DNA of 52,880 nucleotides from Candidatus Uhrbacteria bacterium (lineage in GTDB: Bacteria; Patescibacteriota; Patescibacteriia; JACQRZ01), in NCBI GenBank assembly GCA_016188385.1, contig JACPHV010000037.1:1-52880 (forward strand). The letters run 5' to 3'. The position numbers were made by a program, and so were the translations under genes. The notes beneath the pieces are model-generated. The model had not been told where the DNA came from and ran no database searches. It saw nothing but the letters and a program-made list of their open reading frames with translations. This document shows, one piece after another, positions 7,396-16,535 of this stretch (within the stretch, counting starts at the first letter, position 1; each line of letters opens with the position of its first letter).

Positions 7396-8274
7396 ATGGG
7401 AAGGAGAGATGTGCTGTGGATTTTTGGGACCGCTGTTTTCGTGCTCCTGGCATCGGGTGTTATTGTGACCGTCAGCATTTCGCGCTGCCTCGGCGATCTT
7501 GGATGTATCTCTCAATTTCAGTACTCGTATATCGTCTCGATGAACAATGCCATCTCTCGCTATACAGAGAATGTATTTTCTTGCTCCGCAAAGGGAATTG
7601 ATGGAATCAATTTTCTCGCGCTCAAAGATGAGTCGACAGACACACTCGAGTGTCGAAAAATTAATCCGACTGAAGATGGCATCATCACGAAGATCGTGAG
7701 CGCGGCTTCTCTTGTAAAAAAAGAAGCTGACAGTAGCACGCAACCTGCATCCACGGAACTATACCAAGATGAGGATTTTGGCATTGCGTTTGAATCATTC
7801 GCCACTTCCGCAATCATCAAAAATGAAAACGAAATGACCTCGAAAGACGCGACCGGCTCGATCAAGCGATTTTCAATCGAATCAGAAAAAAGTTTTATTG
7901 ATCAGATAAAAGGCATCATATCTTCTGAAGGCGGCAATAATGATGCCTGTCAGATACGCGTCATGCCCGAATCGTCAAATGAAATCTCCGCAACAATATG
8001 GCCGCGCAAGATTGAGGTATACGAGGAAAAAGCAGAACAGAAATTTCCTGATCTCGATGATTATTTCAATAACTCACAGGCGTTTATTCGAGCCGCCGCA
8101 ACGAAGGATTGTTCACAGTTTTCTGATATTCGTGAAACGGGAGGATACTTCCTCTATAGTCCGACTGAAGCGCCTGACAGATATTATTATGTTAAGCGCA
8201 CGTCAAAAGCCGATTCACCAACGTTCTATTCAGGCAAGATCCGTATTTTACCCGATTACGATTTAAGCCAATAA
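7396..8274 (+). CDS. Hypothetical membrane-anchored/secreted protein
   Basis: 292 aa with an N-terminal hydrophobic helix (VLWIFGTAVFVLLASGVIVTV). No recognised domain. Confidence 0.6.
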   Translation: MGRRDVLWIFGTAVFVLLASGVIVTVSISRCLGDLGCISQFQYSYIVSMNNAISRYTENVFSCSAKGIDGINFLALKDESTDTLECRKINPTEDGIITKIVSAASLVKKEADSSTQPASTELYQDEDFGIAFESFATSAIIKNENEMTSKDATGSIKRFSIESEKSFIDQIKGIISSEGGNNDACQIRVMPESSNEISATIWPRKIEVYEEKAEQKFPDLDDYFNNSQAFIRAAATKDCSQFSDIRETGGYFLYSPTEAPDRYYYVKRTSKADSPTFYSGKIRILPDYDLSQ

Positions 8275-8492
8275 TGCTGCGAGATCTATTATATTTTTGG
8301 GAATAGTCTTCGCTCTTGGGATTGGTTTTGTAATGGTGGCAAGCGTGGGCGAAAAACAATGACCGTAAACCGCCCCCGTTTCACTTCTGATCCATTGCCA
8401 GAGCGTATTGACCATAGTGGATTAATTTTCTACAAACTCAATTTAATGGAGTACTATCGTTATATGGGACATTAATTACTATCTATGCATAT

Positions 8493-8657
8493 ATGGTCAT
8501 CGCCACGTCAGTAGAAAATGAAGAGACATACCAATGCGAGGAATGCGGATTTCATTATTTGGAAAAAGAGCAAGCCGAAACGTGTGAAGTATGGTGTAAG
8601 GAACATAAGAGCTGCAATCTGGAAATCACTGCAACCGCGCTGGAGAATAAGCGATGA
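8493..8657 (+). CDS. Small Cys-rich protein (54 aa; CxxC...CxxxC...C), absent from the >=60-aa ORF track
   Basis: Hand translation gives MVIATSVENEETYQCEECGFHYLEKEQAETCEVWCKEHKSCNLEITATALENKR. It lies just upstream of the copper operon. Confidence 0.35.
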   Translation: MVIATSVENEETYQCEECGFHYLEKEQAETCEVWCKEHKSCNLEITATALENKR

Positions 8658-8861
8658 AGACGACAAGTTGTTGCGCTAGTCCATTTAATGACGTCTCGTA
8701 AATGTTTTGCGCGAGATCGGGCGATGAGTATCCCGTAACAAGAATTTTCAATGTATAAACCGCCTTATACATTGAATCCGGTGTCCCGCGATAGAGGAAA
8801 AATGGCCACTCTTCCAGCCGCATCCCCCGCGCCCTCTTTACAAATGCCAGAGAGTTTTGTA

Positions 8862-8882
8862 ATATCCCCCTATGGGGGATAT
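8862..8882. promoter_or_regulatory. CsoR-type operator palindrome ATATCCCCC-TAT-GGGGGATAT
   Basis: Perfect 9-bp arms, 23 nt upstream of the csoR ATG. The GC-core, AT-flank pseudo-palindrome resembles known CsoR operators. Confidence 0.6.
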
Positions 8883-8904
8883 CTTTTTCTCCACTCTCAA
8901 AATT

Positions 8905-9171
8905 ATGTATATACCAAAGACACCGAAAGAAAGAATTACGCATCGCTTAAAAATTTCCCGCGGACATATCGGGAAGACCATCCGCATGATTGAAGAGGGC
9001 GCGTATTGTATTGACGTCATTCATCAATTGCAAGCGGTGCAAAAAGCCCTCAAACAAGCCGGCAATATATTGATGGAAAATCACCTCAAGACATGCGCCG
9101 CAACCGCGATACGAAAAGGGCGTGGCGCAAAAGCGATCGCAGAAATTATGGCAATTTTGAATAAATCTTAA
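8905..9171 (+). CDS. csoR: CsoR/RcnR-family copper-sensing repressor
   Basis: Family pattern RLKRI.GQ-like (RLKISRGHIGKTIRMIEEGAYCIDVIHQLQAVQKAL) with a C...H...C ligand arrangement. Internal ATG at 8905 preferred. Confidence 0.85.
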   Translation: MYIPKTPKERITHRLKISRGHIGKTIRMIEEGAYCIDVIHQLQAVQKALKQAGNILMENHLKTCAATAIRKGRGAKAIAEIMAILNKS

Positions 9172-9180
9172 ATTCTTTTT

Positions 9181-9390
9181 ATGACAACAACCGTTACCAT
9201 CAAAGGGACGCATTGCGAATCCTGCAAGTTTGTTATTGAAGACATATGCGGTGAGATTACCGGTGTCAAGCAGTGTACTGTTGATTATAAGACAGGCAAA
9301 ACCGTCATTGATCACGATGAACATTTTACATTAGATGCATTCAAGAAAAAGGTGGAAGGCATCGGAGAATATACCGTAGAAACGCTATGA
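9181..9390 (+). CDS. copZ: CopZ-like heavy-metal-associated (HMA) domain protein
   Basis: 69 aa with an HMA fold pattern and a GTHCESC metal-binding loop. Overlaps the copA start by ATGA. Confidence 0.85.
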   Translation: MTTTVTIKGTHCESCKFVIEDICGEITGVKQCTVDYKTGKTVIDHDEHFTLDAFKKKVEGIGEYTVETL

Positions 9391-11576
9391 AATCCACATC
9401 ATTCACTATTGTCGGAATGCATTGCGCTTCGTGCCAAGTGCGTAATGAACGCAGCCTAAAAAAAATAACAGGCGTTCAAGAAGCGTCCGTGAATTTTGCC
9501 ACTCATACGGCGCGAGTCTCCTACGATGAGTCGCTTGTTACCGAACGCGATTTACATGCCGCGATCATAAAAAATGGGTATACCGTGCTTACGGAAGAAA
9601 GCTCCGCGCTGCATCGAGAGGCAACGCTCGCCGAAATGAAGCACGCGAAATCACTCGCTTTTTTTTCAATCCTTCTCGCTGCCCCGACAGTGCTTCTCGC
9701 GATGCTTGCCATCGATCTGCGGACACAAATCGCTTCACGCGACCTCTCCGTATGGCTGCAGGCTGGGTTGGCAAGCATTGTGATCCTTGGGTTCGGATGG
9801 CAGTTTCATCGCGGCATGATCACGCAAGCGCTTCGTTTGAGCGCAACCATGGATACATTGATTTCCCTTGGCACTCTTTCCGCGTTTTTTTACAGCGCGT
9901 GGGCGCTCTCTCTAGGAAGAGAAGATTTGTATTTTGAAATAGGGGCGGCTATTACCAGCCTGATTTTGCTGGGGCGATATTTTGAGGCAAAAAGCCGCGG
10001 ACGGGCAAGCGCCGCGATTGAAAAACTTATCCAACTTGGCGCAAAAACAGCGCGGCTTGTCGAAGGAGCTGCTGAACGGGAAATACCGATCGAGACGGTA
10101 AAAGTTGGCGATCTTCTTCTGGTAAAACCGGGAGAGAAGTTTCCGACTGACGCAGTGGTTGCCAACGGAACGTCAAGCGTTGACGAATCAATGCTTACCG
10201 GAGAGAGCATGCCGGTTGGGAAAACAACGGGAGATAGCGTATTTGGCGCAACCATCAATATCAATGGCGCGCTCACCATACGCGCGATCAAGGTTGGCCA
10301 GGATACCGTGTTGTCGCAGATCGTCCGCATGGTCGTCGAAGCGCAAAGCGCAAAAGCGCCGATCCAAAAGCTCGTAGATACGATTTCAGGCATTTTTGTT
10401 CCTGTCGTTATCGTGATTTCAGCGGCAACCGGCGCGTGGTGGTTTTTCCAAACAGGAGAACTAGGCACGGGTATCATACACGCGGTTGCCGTACTTGTAA
10501 TCGCATGCCCTTGCGCGCTCGGGCTCGCGACCCCTACGGCAATTATGGTCGGGACCGGCGCTGGCGCGGAACGCGGTATTCTTATCAAGAATGGAGAAGC
10601 TCTTGAAAAAGGAAAAAAAATCGATGTAGTGCTGTTTGACAAAACCGGAACTCTTACCGAAGGAAAGCCGAATGTAACGGATATTGTGCAATGCCAAAAA
10701 GACATCTCCGCGGAGGCAGTCATTGCTCTTGCCGGGAGCCTTGAGTCGCTTTCAGAGCATCCTTTGGCCCAAGCAGTGGTCGGGTATGCGAAAGAACATA
10801 AGATCGCTTTACAAGAAGTGACGGGGTTTGAAGCGATTTCCGGCAAAGGCGTGCGGGGCGCTATCGGACAGGATACGGTGCTTGTTGGCACTATGCGCCA
10901 TATCAAAGAATCAGGCATAGAGACAGCGGATTGCGAAGCAGATCGCGAGCGCATGGAGAAAGAAGCAAAGACTGTAATGGGTGTCGCAAAAAATAGCAGG
11001 GTGGCAGGGCTCATTGCGGTCGCGGACACCTTAAAAAAAGATGCGCCCGACGCGATACGGAAATTGCGCGCGAAAGGCATACAGACAGGTATGATTACAG
11101 GCGATAATGCGCGTACAGCCCAGGCAATCGCGCGGCTTACCGGAATCGAAACAGTTTTTGCCGAAGTATTGCCGCAGGAGAAAGCGGAGAAAGTCAAAAT
11201 TCTCCAGCGGGAAGGACGTAAGGTTGCCTTTGTGGGCGACGGCATTAATGACGCGCCGGCGCTTGTACAAGCTGATCTCGGCATTGCAATCGGTACCGGA
11301 ACAGATATCGCGATCGAAGCGGGAAACATCGTTCTTGTACACGGCAGTCCCTTGAAGGTATATGAGGCATTGGAGCTTTCAAGCCGCACATTCCGCACTA
11401 TTCAGCAGAACCTTTTTTGGGCCTTTTTCTACAATGTCGCGGCAATTCCCTTGGCCGCGTTTGGATTTCTTAATCCTATGATTGCGGGAGCGGCAATGGC
11501 ATTTTCAAGCGTGAGTGTTGTCGTGAACAGCCTGCGCTTAAAGAACAAGAATCTACCCGATCGCGTTGAGGCGTAA
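9387..11576 (+). CDS. copA: Copper-translocating P1B-type ATPase
   Basis: GMHCASC HMA motif, CPC ([10 protein letters not shown]), DKTGTLT phosphorylation site and GDGINDAP hinge. Confidence 0.95.
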   Translation: MKSTSFTIVGMHCASCQVRNERSLKKITGVQEASVNFATHTARVSYDESLVTERDLHAAIIKNGYTVLTEESSALHREATLAEMKHAKSLAFFSILLAAPTVLLAMLAIDLRTQIASRDLSVWLQAGLASIVILGFGWQFHRGMITQALRLSATMDTLISLGTLSAFFYSAWALSLGREDLYFEIGAAITSLILLGRYFEAKSRGRASAAIEKLIQLGAKTARLVEGAAEREIPIETVKVGDLLLVKPGEKFPTDAVVANGTSSVDESMLTGESMPVGKTTGDSVFGATININGALTIRAIKVGQDTVLSQIVRMVVEAQSAKAPIQKLVDTISGIFVPVVIVISAATGAWWFFQTGELGTGIIHAVAVLVIACPCALGLATPTAIMVGTGAGAERGILIKNGEALEKGKKIDVVLFDKTGTLTEGKPNVTDIVQCQKDISAEAVIALAGSLESLSEHPLAQAVVGYAKEHKIALQEVTGFEAISGKGVRGAIGQDTVLVGTMRHIKESGIETADCEADRERMEKEAKTVMGVAKNSRVAGLIAVADTLKKDAPDAIRKLRAKGIQTGMITGDNARTAQAIARLTGIETVFAEVLPQEKAEKVKILQREGRKVAFVGDGINDAPALVQADLGIAIGTGTDIAIEAGNIVLVHGSPLKVYEALELSSRTFRTIQQNLFWAFFYNVAAIPLAAFGFLNPMIAGAAMAFSSVSVVVNSLRLKNKNLPDRVEA

Positions 11577-11694
11577 TCAGCGTCTTCTTGATAAGTAGTC
11601 AAGGCGACTCTTTGTTTTTTCTTTCGCGCTTATTGCTATGTTGCCCAAAAGGCCTATGATACATGAGGCGGTAGAAAAATAGCACGACGCTTGT

Positions 11695-12651
11695 ATGACA
11701 AGACCAGGGCAAGAAGCATCACGCGAATTATCGAAAGCCATAGAAGAGAGGGAGGGAATACGAATACGCATAGGGCAAACACTCTATGAGGCTCTTTATA
11801 ATCGCATCTATGATCCGGAAAACGAATTGACAGACGCGGAAGAAAAAGAACTTGAGCCTATTGTGGAGCGCGTAGAGCAAAATGGATTGAGGCATGTGCC
11901 ATCGGAGACGGCGCGCTTGTATCGGAAATACAAGCGATTTGAAATCAATAAGTTTCGTTTGCGGTGGTGCGCGGGAGGAATTAATTGGGTGGACGTGATA
12001 CAAAAAGAGCGATATGTACCTCCGCGAGAAAGCGATAAAATTAAGGCATACCATAAAGGGTATCTAGCGGGTGTTATTGAGCAGGCGAAATTCAAGAGGC
12101 TTTTCGATCCCCTTGACATGATGGTCGCTGACAGCGTGATGGAGCGCGCGCTTGACAGTCTGTTCCCGTCATTGCGCACTCTTGACGGTGCGCAACGAAG
12201 ACAGGAATTGGAGCGGCTCACCGGTTCGTCAGCAGATCCCGCGATCGATACCTTTATCGATCAGCCGGAAACGCAGAAAAAATACAGCGGATTCGTGCGT
12301 CCCGAAGCCGTGTTTTTTGATAAAAGCAAGCTGCAAGCGCTTCTTGAGACAATCCGGATTATCAAGAACGGATTTTATCTTCCGCCCATTCTCACCGAAA
12401 AAGTGATGAAGCTCGCGCGGATAGTGCAAAGCGAGGCGCGAAAGAAGAGAGAGCTTGACATCATTGACGCGAGTATCGCGCGCGTGCTCGTGGGCCGCGT
12501 GCAAGATGAGCTTGAGAGGCTCATGATATATAATCGCGCGCAGGCAGATGAGAAAGGGGAGCCGATATCCGAAAAGCGGACAGCTTCGCTTCAGCTGCAT
12601 ATGCTCGAATCACTCCAGCAGCGCATTACATCAATTCTTGTTTCCATATAG
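11695..12651 (+). CDS. Hypothetical protein (318 aa)
   Basis: Long ORF with host-like composition and no recognised motif. Confidence 0.6.
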   Translation: MTRPGQEASRELSKAIEEREGIRIRIGQTLYEALYNRIYDPENELTDAEEKELEPIVERVEQNGLRHVPSETARLYRKYKRFEINKFRLRWCAGGINWVDVIQKERYVPPRESDKIKAYHKGYLAGVIEQAKFKRLFDPLDMMVADSVMERALDSLFPSLRTLDGAQRRQELERLTGSSADPAIDTFIDQPETQKKYSGFVRPEAVFFDKSKLQALLETIRIIKNGFYLPPILTEKVMKLARIVQSEARKKRELDIIDASIARVLVGRVQDELERLMIYNRAQADEKGEPISEKRTASLQLHMLESLQQRITSILVSI

Positions 12652-12663
12652 AAGATTTGTCTT

Positions 12664-13104
12664 ATGTTTCGATTCCGTACAATCATACATATACTCGTGT
12701 TTTTCTTTGTGTTTGCATCGGTTGTCTTTGGGCTGCGTTGGATGGACGGGTATCAGGCAATACAAAGGCAGGGTGAACGTATTTCATTCGGCGAATATGT
12801 GCGGAGAGATATTGCCGCCATTGCAAAGGGTACGCAGGAGCTCAAAGAGATCGTACAAGAAGCGCGCACGACACCGGACGCGGTCCGAACAGGCCAGTTG
12901 AACAAGCTCGCGCAGATGCTGGATCTCTATCGCGATGAACATGCGGAATACCCGGAAACCCTAGAGGATTTGATCGGTACGCTTCTTGACGAGCGAAGCA
13001 GGGAGTTTTTCCACTCGGACGGATTATATTACCGGAAGATTTTTAACGGATATGAATTAAGCATTCTGCTGGACGCAGGCGACCGGTATACGATTCGAAA
13101 ATGA
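12664..13104 (+). CDS. Hypothetical membrane-anchored protein (146 aa)
   Basis: N-terminal TM helix (IIHILVFFFVFASVVFGL). Tightly packed against the next gene. Confidence 0.6.
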   Translation: MFRFRTIIHILVFFFVFASVVFGLRWMDGYQAIQRQGERISFGEYVRRDIAAIAKGTQELKEIVQEARTTPDAVRTGQLNKLAQMLDLYRDEHAEYPETLEDLIGTLLDERSREFFHSDGLYYRKIFNGYELSILLDAGDRYTIRK

Positions 13105-13105
13105 T

Positions 13106-14620
13106 ATGACCGCACAGAACAGATTTTTGCATAGCCCTTATGTCATCGGCGGAATTGTGTTCGTCACCGGGGGCGTGGTAATGGCAGTCGAGATTCTGGG
13201 TTCGCGGATCCTCGCGCCCTTTTTAGGTACCTCGCTGCCGGTATGGACGAGCGTGATCGGCGTAATCCTTGCCGCTTTGAGTCTTGGATATTGGTTTGGC
13301 GGAAGGCTCGCGGATCGTTCGGCATCGCCGCATGGGTTGGCTCGCGTTTTGTTCGCGTCAAGCGTTTCCATCTCCCTCATCGCGTTTCTCGATGTGCCGC
13401 TCCTGGCAATAGTGAGCATTCCGCCGCTTGATCTGCGCATCAAAGCTGTCTTTGCGTCAGCCGTATTATTGGCGCCGCCAAGCGTACTGCTTGGCATCGT
13501 CACGCCGTACGCCGTGCGGCTCACGATTCAATCCGTATCGGCTGCCGGCGCGCACGTTGGATCCTTGTACGCGCTCTCGACTCTCGGCAGCATCATCGGA
13601 ACTTTTGCGACCGGTTTTTTCTTTCTTGCGTATTTTCACACAAACGCGATCCTCTTCACGCTATCGGCGCTTGTCTTGGTCTGTTCGTTGATCCTGCAAC
13701 CGTTCCGCATTCGTTCTGTTTCACGGATCACGGGGATAGCCATCATCGCCATCGGAAGTTTCTCGGTTTCCTTGTTCCATTCTTTGGCGTCGCAGGTCGG
13801 ATATGTTTCCGTACCATCTTCGTATCACAGCATCAGAATCATTGACACGACTGATTCAAAAACAAAGCGTCCGAAACGCTCTCTTTTTTTGAACGGAGCG
13901 CTTCATTCTGTAGGGTATCGCGATAATCCTGGTGAACTCGCGCATGAGTATTCGCGGTTTTACGGTCTTTTCGCGCTTACGCGGCCGCAGCCTGAACGCG
14001 TATTGATGCTGGGCGGCGGTGCGTATGCTTACCCGCAAAATTTTTTGCGTTCTTTTGCTTCCGCACGCATGGATGTCGTTGAGATTGATCCGGCGGTGAC
14101 ACGCGTGGCGCGTGAATTTTTTTCGCTTTCCGACGATGTGCGGCTCACTATCTATCATGAAGACGCGCGTACGTTTCTCAATCGTTCTGACGCGACGTAC
14201 GATGCCATTTTTGGCGATGTATTTTTTTCTTCTTACGCGATTCCGTTTCAAGTCGTAACAAAAGAGTCATTTGAGCAGATCAATCGCTTGCTGCGAGACG
14301 ACGGCATTTTTATCGCCAATGTCGCCTCGGCAGTAGAGGGAAAAAAGGGAAGGACGATCCGCGCGATCTATCATACGGCGAAGACAGTATTCGAGCATGT
14401 ATACATTTTTCCACTCACACCCGACAAGCCGGACGCAATGCAAAACGTGATGCTTGTCGCGACAAAGAAAGGCAATCCGTTTCCCTCACAGACCGGTACG
14501 GAGGAGTTTGATTCATTGCTTGCCAAGCGATGGACCAAACCGATTCCGCAAGACGTTCCTCTCCTTTCGGACGACTATGCGCCTGTTGACCAGTTTATGG
14601 CGAACGCGGCCGAACGTTGA
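13106..14620 (+). CDS. Polytopic membrane domain fused to a spermidine-synthase-like (class I SAM-dependent transferase fold) domain
   Basis: About 220 aa of hydrophobic helices, then VLMLGGGAYAYP...DVVEIDPAV...YDAIFGDVF, typical of spermine/spermidine synthase family proteins. Confidence 0.8.
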   Translation: MTAQNRFLHSPYVIGGIVFVTGGVVMAVEILGSRILAPFLGTSLPVWTSVIGVILAALSLGYWFGGRLADRSASPHGLARVLFASSVSISLIAFLDVPLLAIVSIPPLDLRIKAVFASAVLLAPPSVLLGIVTPYAVRLTIQSVSAAGAHVGSLYALSTLGSIIGTFATGFFFLAYFHTNAILFTLSALVLVCSLILQPFRIRSVSRITGIAIIAIGSFSVSLFHSLASQVGYVSVPSSYHSIRIIDTTDSKTKRPKRSLFLNGALHSVGYRDNPGELAHEYSRFYGLFALTRPQPERVLMLGGGAYAYPQNFLRSFASARMDVVEIDPAVTRVAREFFSLSDDVRLTIYHEDARTFLNRSDATYDAIFGDVFFSSYAIPFQVVTKESFEQINRLLRDDGIFIANVASAVEGKKGRTIRAIYHTAKTVFEHVYIFPLTPDKPDAMQNVMLVATKKGNPFPSQTGTEEFDSLLAKRWTKPIPQDVPLLSDDYAPVDQFMANAAER

Positions 14621-14641
14621 AATTGAATAAAGCAAACATTG

Positions 14642-14659
14642 GTGTCAATTTTTTGACAC
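14642..14659. promoter_or_regulatory. Perfect palindrome GTGTCAA-TTTT-TTGACAC upstream of the glutamine synthetase gene
   Basis: Read from the sequence, about 95 nt upstream of the ATG at 14755. TGTCA-N6-TGACA is close to, but not identical with, the remembered GlnR/TnrA consensus TGTNA-N7-TNACA. It also contains a TTGACA -35-like hexamer. Confidence 0.3.
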
Positions 14660-14754
14660 ATACTATCAGCTTTGCCCGTACTATGCTCTTGTGAAACAGA
14701 GCGATTTTTTTTAGAATGAGGGCAGAGAGACTATTAATCATTAGAGTACCACAT

Positions 14755-15828
14755 ATGACATATGTCAAAGCGGAGTACCTATGGCTCGATGGGTATCGGC
14801 CCACGCCATCTTTGCGTTCCAAGACGAAGATAGTAGACCGCGAAGTTCGTACGATCGCGGATCTCCCTGACTGGGGGTTTGATGGCTCGAGCACCGAGCA
14901 GGCGGAAGGCCGTTCGAGCGATTGTTTGCTCAAGCCGGTGCGCGTGGTCCCTGATCCGGTCAGAGGCGCTTCTCATGTGCTTGTTCTCTGCGAGGTTTTG
15001 AACGCGGACGGGAGCGTTCACCCTTCAAATACGAGAAGCGTTTTACGGAAATGCGCACAACGGTACTCGGAACAAGAACCGTTGTTTGGCATAGAGCAAG
15101 AGTATACATTATATAGAGGAGCAAAGCCGATTTCATGGCCCGCGGATGGCGCGCCAAGTCCGCAAGGCCCCTATTACTGCGGGGTCGGAGCAGACAAGAT
15201 TTATGGGCGTGATTTGGCAGAAGCGCACCTGGAGGCATGCCTGCGCGCCGGGCTTCGCGTATGCGGCATCAATTCCGAAGTCATGCCGGGGCAATGGGAG
15301 TTTCAGGTTGGCGCCGTAGGACCATTGGATGTCGCCGATGAATTATGGATTGCCCGTTGGCTCTTGCAGCGCCTCGGAGAAAATTATGGCGTATGGGTAA
15401 ATTTTGCGCCAAAGCCAGTCCTCGGTGATTGGAATGGCGCGGGAGCTCATACGAATTTCAGCACAAAAGCAATGCGCGCTGCCGGCGGGCTTGCGGTGAT
15501 CAAAGAAGCGTGCGAGAAATTAAGCGCGAAGCGGCAAGAACATATCGCGGTATATGGCGCCGGAAACGAGGAACGGCTGACCGGTAAGCATGAGACATGC
15601 GCTATTACTGATTTTCGGTACGGCGTCAGTGATCGAGGCGCGTCTATCCGTATCCCCATCTTTACCGCGAAAGACGGGTGCGGCTATCTTGAGGACCGGC
15701 GGCCGGCCGCGAACTGCGATCCATACCTGGTGTGCGCTTGCTTGATCGATACCGTATGCGCCGGATCCGCCGTATCTTCACACGCACTGTACGATCAGCC
15801 GACTATGGAAAAAGCAGAGGCTGTATAG
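14755..15828 (+). CDS. glnII: Glutamine synthetase, type II (eukaryote-like GSII)
   Basis: KAEYLWLDG...LRSKTK, FGIEQEY, GPYYCGVG, EVMPGQWEFQVG, DWNGAGAHTNFS. The length (about 357 aa) fits GSII rather than GSI. Confidence 0.9.
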   Translation: MTYVKAEYLWLDGYRPTPSLRSKTKIVDREVRTIADLPDWGFDGSSTEQAEGRSSDCLLKPVRVVPDPVRGASHVLVLCEVLNADGSVHPSNTRSVLRKCAQRYSEQEPLFGIEQEYTLYRGAKPISWPADGAPSPQGPYYCGVGADKIYGRDLAEAHLEACLRAGLRVCGINSEVMPGQWEFQVGAVGPLDVADELWIARWLLQRLGENYGVWVNFAPKPVLGDWNGAGAHTNFSTKAMRAAGGLAVIKEACEKLSAKRQEHIAVYGAGNEERLTGKHETCAITDFRYGVSDRGASIRIPIFTAKDGCGYLEDRRPAANCDPYLVCACLIDTVCAGSAVSSHALYDQPTMEKAEAV

Positions 15829-15928
15829 GGGTTTGTCAGCGCAACGAGCGGTTGTAAAAAAACGAAAAATAGGACACACTAATCCCGTTAGAGAGAAGAT
15901 GATTTCTAATGGGATTTGTGTTTTGCTT

Positions 15929-16507
15929 ATGACGAAATCGAAAAAGGAGTTTCCGTCGGGCGCGAAACGTGTGTATCAAGGAGTTATCTATGACGTGTGG
16001 CAATGGGAGCAGATATTGTTTGATGGGAGCAGCGCCACATTTGAAAGACTCGCGCGTCCCGATTCCGTACAGGTGATAGCCGTATCGGGCGATCGGGTAA
16101 TCCTGCAAGATCAGCTTCAGCCCGACTGGGAAAAGCCCGGCATCACTTTGCCGGGCGGCAGGCTTGAACAGGGCGAATCACCGCTCATCGGCGCAATGCG
16201 TGAATTGCGCGAGGAAACCGGATATGAATCAAACGACTGGGAGCTGCTTCAGGAATTCAGTCCATCCAGTCACTTTATCTGGACTATCCATACGTTTGTC
16301 GCTCGCGCATGCAAGAAGACCGGCGCTCCGAACCTGGAGGCGGGGGAGCGGATCCGGGAGTTGGCCGTGGCCTTTGAAGAGTTTTTGACCTATGGCGAAG
16401 AGCCCGTATTTCGCAACCATGATATCAAGCCGTTGTTGATCCGCGCCCGATATGAGGCAGGATACCGCCGTACATTTTATTCATTGCTTTTTTCCGGTAA
16501 CGTCTGA
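15929..16507 (+). CDS. NUDIX hydrolase
   Basis: Nudix box GGRLEQGESPLIGAMRELREETGY. The start is uncertain (15833, 15899 or 15929). Confidence 0.8.
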   Translation: MTKSKKEFPSGAKRVYQGVIYDVWQWEQILFDGSSATFERLARPDSVQVIAVSGDRVILQDQLQPDWEKPGITLPGGRLEQGESPLIGAMRELREETGYESNDWELLQEFSPSSHFIWTIHTFVARACKKTGAPNLEAGERIRELAVAFEEFLTYGEEPVFRNHDIKPLLIRARYEAGYRRTFYSLLFSGNV

Positions 16508-16535
16508 TATTTTTTCACAGTCTCAAGTAAGTCCA

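Noticed and set aside
9890-11398. 502-aa ORF on the minus strand
   Set aside because: It is entirely antisense to copA, whose P-type ATPase motifs are unambiguous. The translation is Ala/Ser/Pro/Arg-rich junk, typical of a stop-free antisense frame in GC-rich coding DNA.
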